Shown one piece after another: positions 54,995-64,000 of a stretch of DNA of 64,000 nucleotides; the first letter of the stretch is position 1, and every line of letters starts with the position of its first letter. The stretch lies in NCBI GenBank assembly GCA_964188305.1, contig OZ076901.1; one strand, written 5' to 3'. The notes beneath the pieces were generated by a model that had not been told where the DNA came from, ran no database searches, and was given only the letters and a program-made list of their open reading frames with translations. The position numbers were made by a program, and so were the translations under genes. Origin of the DNA: Podarcis bocagei (taxonomy: Eukaryota).

Positions 54995-56859
54995 ATGCTA
55001 ACATCTAAAACTGTAAGTCTAAAAGGCCTGGGGAAATGAAAAGGTCTTCCTCAGGTGCAAAAAAGAAATCCAAATCATTACCAGCCAAGTCTCCCTAGAG
55101 GAAGTATTCCAGTGTCAAGGCTCCCCAAATGAACTAATAAGTTCCTTTTCCACCCACAGCTCCCTTGCCTTCCTCTGCATCTTCTGCCCCTCACCTTCTC
55201 CTCCTTCAGCCTCTCTGGGATCTTTCCTATCAGCTCTTTCAAGCTAATGACTTTGGGGTTTCTAAAGAGTACAGAGTTTTGCCATGCAGGAGGGCTTGAC
55301 ATCTGCCCTCTGCTTGCTTGAAGAGCTGCTAGTTTACCATCACACAGTAAGAGGGTCAGAGCTAGGGGGACAGCACCAGGCAATCTGCACTTCCTTGGCA
55401 GCTGGTGGAAGCAGCCGGGAATGGCTCCTGACAGACAGGTGGCATTTCCCGTTGGGTGCCGCTGCAGCTGGCAGGGGGTCGCCTTAGCACTGGGCCGCCT
55501 GAGGGAGCCTGCCTTCCTGAAGGAGCTGGAGGGGAAATGGCATTGAGGGCTTGTGAGGTGAAGGGTGCATGTCTGAGCATGAACTCCGGCACTTCCTTGG
55601 ATGGGGTCCCAGAGCGAAGCATAAACAAACCTAGGTTTAGATCCCTGAAACAAAGAAAATTGTTTCCTTGCTAGGAAAGTGAGTGCCTTGCATCTTTTAG
55701 TGGTTCTTTCAGAACGGAACCTTTAAAATAAAATTTGAAAATAGCCTGGATCAAACCATTGGTCTGTCTAGCCCCAGGCAATCTACTGTGGCTCGTCTTT
55801 CAGGCATGCAATCTGAGCTATTTTTCCTGGGATTTGGCTGTGAGTTCTTCTGCTTACAAAGCATGTGCTGTGAGTCCTCCTCTGAAGCGCCCATCAGTCC
55901 ACCTAGCCTGACAGCAGCTGTATAAGGCCTCAGGTAGTGACTGTTCCTTAGACCTCCTAGAACCTGAGATTCTTTAGCTGGAGAATTCAGGGGTGGAATT
56001 TGGAAGCTTTTGCATGCAGATCAGTTACTCTGATATGAAGCACTCGGTCGCTTGGTCCATCTAGCCCAGCTTTGCCCCTGGATTGGCAGTGACTCTTCAT
56101 AATCTCAGGCTGAGGCCTGCTGCCTGGCATCCTTTAAAATAGCCTTTCCCCACCTCATTCCCTCCGGATGTTTTGAGCTACAACTCCCATCATACCAGCC
56201 AGCAAAGCCTGGGATTGAATCCAGAGATCTTCTTTGCGAATAACAGTATATTTAAAACCACTTCAGAGCTTTTGTAAGGGCTCACAGGATTTCTTGCTTC
56301 TCCATACAAATGACATTCTGACACACCAAAATTCCATCATTCCTCAGAATAACAAATTATTTCCATTACTAGAATTTTGTCACATAGTCTTGCACTGAGA
56401 GCAGGTAGCAGACGTCATCTCTCCTTTCCCTCTGTGCCCCTCCATATCTTCTCATACTATCCATTTATTTATTTATTACTTTGGTTGCATTTTTGATTAT
56501 TTTCTCCCCTCCTTTTCCCCACCCCCAACTTCCCATTTAGGAACTCAGATCCTAAAATAGTGCCAATTTCAACTGGCAGATGTTTTGTGTGCCCTTTTGC
56601 AAAAGGGACTGAAATTAGCCTGTCAGTTGGTACCTAAATAAAGCAGCTTGAAACTGCCTTTTGTCCAAAAACTTCACAATTGCTACCCTCGGAGGTTGCA
56701 ATGTTTTGTTTTATCTGATGGGGGGGCAGAAAGAACATATTATGCAAGCAATAGCCTGGAAGCGTAGGCAGGAGAAGGGATGGCTGCAAATAAACGTCCC
56801 AGGCACGATCCAGCAGCAGCAAGCCCTATCAGGACCTTTGAATCTAACTGTGATCTAGT

Positions 56860-57220
56860 CCCAGTGAAAGAAGATTGGCTTATGAAGATGGCAGAACATG
56901 CTGAGTTGGGTAGATTAACTGTGAGAATTAAAGAACAGAATGAAGAAAAAAAGCTCAAAAAAATGGAAATATTTTGTGGATTATTTGAAAAAAAAAACCA
57001 ACCTATGGTTATGTTAAAACATATGCAGGATTTTAAGTATAGCAGCGGATGAGAATTGCAGTTTAATAATTTATAATCAATGTTTATGATGAGTAAAATA
57101 TAAGTAATATAGCAGCTTTATAAGGTAAGAAAAGAACACCATGGGAAGTCAACGGATCTGAGAGATTTATTCTTTGTAAAATTTGAAAAGCTAATTTAAA
57201 AAATGTTATTAAAAAAGAAT
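56860..57220 (+). mobile_element. L1/Tx1-like LINE 3' fragment
   Basis: VPVKEDWLMKMAEHAELGRLTVRIKEQNEE is homologous to the 37104 ORF, followed by an AT-rich UTR ending ATTAAAAAA. Confidence 0.65.
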
Positions 57221-57769
57221 CTAGCTGTGATCTGGACATTGAGTAGGAGGTTGCAATGGCCAGGTCAGGTTCAGGCTCAGAGCTAATTGCTGAAGATAGG
57301 AAGGCCATTACACCTGAGCCTGTTAGGCAGGAGCCCCCAGACAAACATCCCAGAAGCTGTAGGGCCAAAGCCTTTCTTGCGTTTGAAGAACCAGAGTCCT
57401 CCCAACACATATCACCAGTCCAGTAACACAAGGGAGCGTATCAGGAGGGAGCTTATGAAATGGTGCCCATATTCAGGCCAGAAAGCTGGCCCTTTCAGGC
57501 TCCAATGTTCTCCTCGGGGGGGGGGGGTAGGCTTGGAGGAGGCAGTCTGGAGATGGAGGCTGAAAAGGCCCCAGTCTTATCCCAACCTTTGTCAAAGCAA
57601 GTTGCTCACTTAGAGCAACCGATTTCCAAACCTTGCTGCAGTCTCCATGGTATTCAGCTTCGGACCAAAACATGACAAGTACTCTCTTGCATAAGCCCCT
57701 TCCGTTTCAGTGAGGCTTGTGCAGGACAAAATCTTATTTGACTGGGCCCCAACCGCTGGGAAGGAGCCA

Positions 57770-58430
57770 GTATTACAGTGCCTCAATATAAATCTTGCAG
57801 TGCAGTGATGTCTGGAATACTGTGCACAGTCCCAGTCAGTTCTACTCAAAAATGGCACCGCAGAGCAGGAAAATATGCCAGGAGGAGGGCCAGTCAGGTG
57901 GCTGGAGCGTACTCTCTACCAGCAAAGGCTAAATCATTTGAGGGTTTTCCGTTCAGGAGAAAGACAACAAAGTGGGACACAATCATGGGTTATAGACACA
58001 ATGTGGAGAAAGTGGATAGAGATCCCCCCCCCCTTCCAATACAATAACTTGAAATTCATTGGTCATGAGGATTCAGAAATGACACGTCGCAAAACAGGGT
58101 TTTATCCCTCCTTCACGATACTGGAACCAACAAAGATGGAAGGCCTTCTTCACACCATGCACAGAATTTGCCGCCATAAGATTTAGCGATGGCTGCCAAC
58201 TTGAATGGCTTTAAAAAGGGATTTGGTGCATTCAGGATGGTCTGCCCATCCAATGGTGCCTGTGTGCTGCTCTCTCCAGGATGAGAGGCAGCGAGGGGGA
58301 CAGAAACAGCAGGGGAAGCCTATAGTCTTCATGTCCAGCTTACGGGTTTCCCAGAGGCATCTTGGTTGGCCACTGTGAGAAACAGGATGCTGGGCTATAG
58401 ACGTGAGTTTTCATCTGCTCTTACATTCTT
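57770..58430 (+). mobile_element. CR1 LINE ORF2 end and 3' UTR (degenerate)
   Basis: Remnants of the LEYCAQ, LE..YQQRLNHL..F and EKVDR motifs, GGCTTTAAAAAGGGATT.G, and a 3' end AAACAGGATGCTGGGCTA...CTCTTACATTCTTA. Boundaries approximate. Confidence 0.7.
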
Positions 58431-59102
58431 AATATGTGATTAATTTATGGAATTTAGTGCTACAAGATGCAATGGTGGTTGCCAGCTTGCCGTAAGAGGA
58501 GTCGTTTTGTCAATTGCTGTTAGCGTGGTGGCCAACTGGGGCCTCCATATTCGGAGGCAGCATGGTGCTGAATGTCAGTTGCCTTCATGCCGTGCTTCCA
58601 GCTGACCACCATAAGTAGCAGCCTTTAAGCTCTGCTGGGGAGCTCCCTGGAGGCATCTCTTTGGTCACTCTGGAAAAGAAGAAGCTGGACTAGAGTACCT
58701 TCGTCCTCATCCCTTTAATGTTCTTTATGGTTGCCGTTTTCCTTTTCTTTCATGTTTATAATTAGACACAATTAAACACATGTGAGGCTGCGACAGACAG
58801 GGACTGCTTGTTTGTTTTTCGGCTTTGTGCAGCACGTACAAAAACGTGGGCGCTTTATAAATAACGGGAGGAGCAGCAACTCCTGGAGAAGTTCTCCTAC
58901 GTAAGCCTCCTGTTTGTTTCAGCGAGGTTTGCCCAGGCCAGGAGAACTTCCCAGTGATCTTCTCTCTGTATTTTTATCTTCTGTTCCGGCAGAATTGATT
59001 TCCTGCCACCTCTTCAACCTATGATTATTTAAAATGAGAAAAGTAACTTGAAAATGCACTAATTGCAATGGGGAGGGGAGGGAGCAGAAGAGAAGGGGGA
59101 AC

Positions 59103-59230
59103 NNNNNNNNNNNNNNNNNNNNNNNNNNNNNNNNNNNNNNNNNNNNNNNNNNNNNNNNNNNNNNNNNNNNNNNNNNNNNNNNNNNNNNNNNNNNNNNNNN
59201 NNNNNNNNNNNNNNNNNNNNNNNNNNNNNN
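59103..59230. other. Assembly gap (128 N)
   Basis: N run. Confidence 1.
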
Positions 59231-59259
59231 TTAGCATTGGGACTCCCCAGGGGCAACAG

Positions 59260-59610
59260 AAAGATGTTATAATCAATTACCACATCATAACACTGATGTA
59301 TGATAATTACTGAGTCTTCCTCCTGAGAGAGTACAGCATTTGGCTGGGATGCGGCTCGTTCATGGTCCACTGCCTGATTAATATGCAAATAATAGGCTGA
59401 TTGCATGATGAATGCGGAAAATGAGTTGGCTGATAGCGCATCCACCGAAGCGGGAAGATGATAAATTACTTTTTACTGACTGTCCTACATTTAAGTATCC
59501 TCTCTCAACAATTTTTTTTAGTCACAAATTAAGGAAAGCAGGATGGCGCAAATGTGAGGATGTGTAAAATAATGTACCTTAATAGCTTTTATTATAACTT
59601 CGGGGCGGTT
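59260..59610. promoter_or_regulatory. Candidate enhancer in intron 20
   Basis: TGATTAAT directly followed by octamer ATGCAAAT (59383-59390); TAATCAATTA at 59270; GATAATTA motif. Confidence 0.4.
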
Positions 59611-59964
59611 TGCAGGAGCATTGTTCACTCTTGGAAGCAGGGAGGCAAATATTCACAGAGTGAAAAAGAACCAGCCTGGTTGGCAGCAGTCAGGGGCTTG
59701 TGGTAAAGAATAACCTCCCAAAATAGAGGGAGGGGGTCTGAATGGGGGTGGGTCTCCTTGTCCGCAGAAGTCCTCTAGTCCTCAGCATATCTAGTTGAAG
59801 GATCTTGGGTTCCTGAGCTGGGGAAGGCCCCTACTTGTGCCTGAGACCTTGGAAAGCTCCTGCCAGCTTGAGAAGACCCCACTTGGCTAAATAGATTTGT
59901 AGTGTGACCATGTAGAAGGCAACAGTGGCCTTTGCTGGAGGAAAGTGGTCCATTCCTCTGAAGT

Positions 59965-60450
59965 ACCATGGTCAAGTTCCAGGTACCACATTGTAAAAAG
60001 TATCTAGACAAATTGGTGTGGGTTGGGTGGATGGCAGTGAAAAGGGCCAGTGGTAAGGAAAATTGGTTCTGTGGGGAAAGGTTGAACGAACCAGGTGTGT
60101 TATTTAGCATGGAGAAGGTTTTGTGGGGGGTGGGCATGATAGCGTTCTTGAAGTACCCAGAGGGCAAAGACTTGGCTCTCAGTGCAGCTACCTCAGAGAG
60201 CAGGACTTCAATGTAATAGACTGAAGTTACAGGAGGGTATACTTCAGTTGAGCATTGGAAGAAACTTTCTGACAGTAAGGAAGTTCAGGAATGGAACCAA
60301 TGACCGAGAGGTGTGGCGGGCTCTCTCTTTCTCAAGGCCTTCAAGCAGAAGCTGGAAAGCCGTGTGCTGGGGGATGCTGTGGTTCTGGATTTCCTGCACC
60401 AAACAAAGGGTTGGACTTGATGGCTTACAAAGTACCCTTCCAACTCTGAT
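59965..60450 (+). mobile_element. CR1 LINE 3' fragment
   Basis: KKYLDKL..ERLNE..LFSMEK..GMIAFLKY..LKLQEG..LSIGRNFLTVR remnants, with tail GGGGTTGGACTTGATGGC...CCCTTCCAACTCTGAT. Confidence 0.75.
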
Positions 60451-63151
60451 GCCTCAGTTCGCCCATCGACCTGCCTAAAGAGCCTCAGCTCTGTTTTAGT
60501 ATAGGGTGTGACAAGATCTGTGCATGGGTATGCTGTGATAATTACTTTAAGTTGTACAACGGGAAGGAATAATGTTAGAACCCAGAATCACCCAATTAAA
60601 CTGATGGGCATTTGAAAGTACCTTTATCCACTCCATGCAGTGTACATGGATCTCCTCCCAGTCTATCCTCACAACAATCCTGCGAGGTGGGTTAGGTTAA
60701 GAAGTAGTCACCCAATGAACTTTAACAAGTTCAGCATTCAATCTATTACATCACTGCAGCTGTCACAACTTATCAAAGTATGTAACATTTGGGGGAAGGG
60801 GCAGAATCTGTCACAAAGCATATCTAAAGTTCAAATAAATAAAGCAAAAACAATTCAATAAACATAAGATGAATTCAATATTACAATGAAATAATATAAA
60901 CTTAATATATAACAAGGAAAAAACTTACATAATAATATTATTAATAAAAAAGTAATCCAGAATACTAGTTCAAGTCTTACTGCACTTCATGGGACCACAG
61001 CAGCTTGACTTAAGAGAGAAAGTGGAGTCCTCTCAGTTTGCTAGATGGTTCATTGTGCCAAGGCGCATGACAAAGACCTCTGAGTTTAGATTACGTAAAA
61101 AGAGGATTAGACAAAATCGTGGAGGAGGATTGATCTAACTTCTGTGTCACAAACATTGTACATCTGGAAACAGACAAGATGAGAACTACCTTCGTGCTCT
61201 GATTGAGGGCTTTCCAAAGGCATCAAGTTGGCCTCTATAAGAAAAATTGGATGCTAGACTAGATTGCCTTTCAGTTTATTCAACAGGGCTGTTCTTACAT
61301 CCTTAGGGAAAGTATCTCTTGGAAAGGATAAAAAGCAGTGGGTTTACGTTACCACAGAGCAGAATTAAGTTATCAAAAGCAAATCGTTGACTCTTGTTTC
61401 ATTACACACTATTATGGAATCTGTTGCTCAATCCTTCCATTTTTATTTTGTCCCCGCCTTATCCTTTGGGTTTGGGTCAGGTCAATAATAAAACAGAACA
61501 CCTTTATGGAAGAATGCCCATATTGTGAAAACCATTAGGGAAGGGAGGCATAGCTGCCAGTGCTTGGCCACATTTGTGTTTTATAGCACCTTGCGTTAAG
61601 TGACACCTAAAACATAGAGCAGCAAAAGATGTACCCAAACAAATATACCTTAGCATAGCACATGGGAAAGTTATTGGTTGTGTTGGCCTCTGTACTTGGG
61701 TGAGTAGATTTGGGGATGGTCTGTCTGTGAATCCCGGCTTAACAAGGGAAGGCAATATCCCTGACTGGATGTTGCTATTATATCAAGCAGTCTGTCTCAT
61801 CCTGATGACATCAAGAGTGCCATCACTGGCCCCTTTGAGCAGCTCGTGTCCCTCTTGTTCAGTTTTCAAGCTCAGTTGTGGAGGGCTACGGATGTTCTTC
61901 ATTGAAAAGATCAATAGTGGCAGAGAAACTACATTGAACAACACTTTGCCCTCGACTCCTGATCTCCCCCAACATTCTTTATTCACACAGGGTGGCAGTG
62001 GGCCTAACCTGTGGCATGAGTGTGTGACTTAAAGTGTGTCCCCAAAATCCATGGCAGCCATGCAGGGGTCACTTGACAGCCCAGCCTATATGGAAAAGGT
62101 TTTCTCAAGAGAAACTTCGAAAACCACTGCTGTGGCAATCCTCAGATTTCTCCCCCACCCCCTAAAGGTGTATCAAAAGGTAAAGAGAGACCCTGAACTG
62201 TCCTTGGTAGACGTTCCATAGCCATGTGTTTCCGATTTCTTTTTGAAGCCATGGCCGGAGCAGGGAACCCTTCCCAGCAGAAGTTCATAGCAGCTGCCTG
62301 CCCTCTCTGGTTGGTCCTTTCCCGCCCCCCGGTATTAATTTATACATAACTTTGGGATTTGACTAGTTTGGCATGAACCTGAAGCCCAGGCCCTGGACTT
62401 AATGAGAAGTGGTACATCAGACCCAACCGCCAGGAAAATAATGTCTGGGTTTTGCTGGAATGTCACGGCATGGCCTGTCATTTTGCTTCAGCGGCTTGTC
62501 CTTCCAACTGCGCAGTCCGCCTTATGGCACGCCAGCAGTAAAAATGTCACTCCCGATAATTACTTTTTGGTGGAAATGCTTGCTGACTTCCTACCTTCAA
62601 GCTGTTTTTTACACAGTGGGGAGATAATAAGAAATGACTTTATCCTGACTGCTCAAATGAACACTAAATGGAATTTGGGTTATTATTACTGGAGATCGAG
62701 GGCCGTGCACTGGAATTTAAATAGTGGATCAGATCAATGGTAGACATTTCTTGGCAGATCATAGTGAATCTGCTTTTCAGTCCACTCCAGTTTCCAATTG
62801 AACATGGCCTTTGTCTGCTTGCTATCTGGAGAGTGTAGTATTTATTTCTCATTTTCTTCCTTAGTAATTCCCCCCAGTTGTATGCATATGGGTGGATTTT
62901 GCCTTTGCTGTTGTTTTCTGTCTTTCTTTCTTGGTCTCTTGTGCATGGGGCATGCACTTGTTCCTACATGGTTATATACATGGGTTTAATACCTTGTCTC
63001 TGGCTGGCAGGCAAGAATGAGTTTTTAGACTCCTTCTGCTGCTTCTTGACGAAAAGCTGCCCCATACCAGAGTGAGACAGGCATTGCAGGTGACCATGCC
63101 AGACCCTGAACTGAAAGGGGTGCCTTCCCCAGTTTAGGGACCCTTAAGGTT

Positions 63152-63483
63152 GTGGCACTGTGGTCTAAACCACAGAGCCTAGGTCTTACCAATCAGGTCT
63201 GCGGTTTGAATCCCCACAACAGGGTGAATTCCCGTTGCTCGGTCTCAGCTCCTGCCAACCCAGCAGTTCAAAAGCGCGTCAAAGTGCAAGGTACCACTCT
63301 GGCGGAAAGGTAAACAGCGTTTCTGTGCGCTGCTCTGGTTCACCAGAAGTGGCTTAGTCATGCTGGCCACATGACCCGGAAGCTGTACGCTGGCTCCCTC
63401 GGCCAGTAAAAAGTGATGAGCGCTGCAACCCCAGAGTCGGCCACGACTGGACCTAACAGTCAGGGGTCCCTTTACCTTTACCT
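63152..63483 (+). mobile_element. Sauria SINE (slightly 5'-truncated)
   Basis: Homologous to the 5170 and 54162 copies; (ACCTTT)n tail; TSD TTAAGGTT at 63144-63151 and 63484-63491. Confidence 0.9.
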
Positions 63484-63700
63484 TTAAGGTTAAGGCACCT
63501 GATCTGCAAGTGGGATCCTGAGGTACAGCAGGTCCATTGACCAGACAAAGGTAGACAGCCAAGCTCTAAATGCTTATCCCAGGCCTGGCCAATCCACTGG
63601 CCTTGTGGTACCTGCCAATCCTCAGGAGCTGATGACACAGACCTCTGCTCTCTTCTGAGGCCTGGGCACACACCATCCATAGTAGTTCCCTTTTTAAGTA

Positions 63701-63941
63701 CAGTGGTACCTCTGGTTATGAACTTAATTCATTCTGGAGGTCGGTTCTTAACCCGAAACTGTTCTTAACTAGAGGCGTGCTTTCGCTAATGGGGCCTCTT
63801 GCTGCCACTGCGCCTCCAACACACGATTTCCATTCTCATCCTGGGGCAAAGTTCTCAACTCAAGGTAACTCTTCCAGGTTGGCGGAGTTTGTAACCTGAA
63901 GCATTTGTAAACTGAGGCGTTTGTAACTCGAGATACCACTG
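63701..63941 (+). mobile_element. Tc1/mariner (Tigger/pogo-like) MITE
   Basis: TA|CAGTGGTACCTCTGGTTA...TAACTCGAGATACCACTG|TA; same family as 13782. Confidence 0.85.
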
Positions 63942-64000
63942 TATTGGTTGGTTTAGAGCTGAAATGGAGAACCAGTGGCCCTCCAGGTATGGCTATTGGA

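Noticed and set aside
55078-55674. 191-aa minus-strand ORF and overlapping ORFs
   Set aside because: GC-rich intronic sequence with no domain similarity or supporting splice structure.
57431-57462. RERIRRELMK resembling CUX1 post-homeodomain RSRIRRELF
   Set aside because: No good acceptor tract, no similarity beyond about 6 residues, and the CUT3/homeodomain exons are absent upstream; treated as chance.
50889-64000. CUX1 exon 21 (ESTPKTS..., CUT3) or CASP-specific exons
   Set aside because: No matching translation found; these likely lie beyond the window. Loss into the 59103 gap cannot be fully excluded.

Overview
This is eukaryotic genomic DNA, most likely from a squamate reptile (probably a lacertid lizard, judged from Sauria SINEs and a tRNA-Lys/CR1-tail SINE). 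It covers the middle of the CUX1 (cut-like homeobox 1 / CASP) gene on the + strand. Fifteen GT-AG coding exons (equivalent to human exons 6-20, numbered from recalled homology) join in one continuous frame of 2712 nt. They encode the N-terminal coiled coil shared with CASP, CUT repeat 1, the linker and CUT repeat 2. The gene start, exon 21 onward (CUT3, homeodomain) and the CASP-specific exons are not visible. Introns carry squamate SINEs, Tc1/mariner- and hAT-type MITEs, L1/Rex1/CR1 LINE fragments, three N gaps and several motif-rich blocks that look like conserved enhancers. I see no wholly new gene system. The most interesting signals are RNA-processing features around the CUX1/CASP branch exon (a decoy or poison acceptor, a CpG/GC-box/G4 stretch, an internal NAGNAG acceptor in exon 15, a recursive-type site at exon 17) and two nested transposon insertions. 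Nearly all other ORFs in the track are spurious or repeat-derived.
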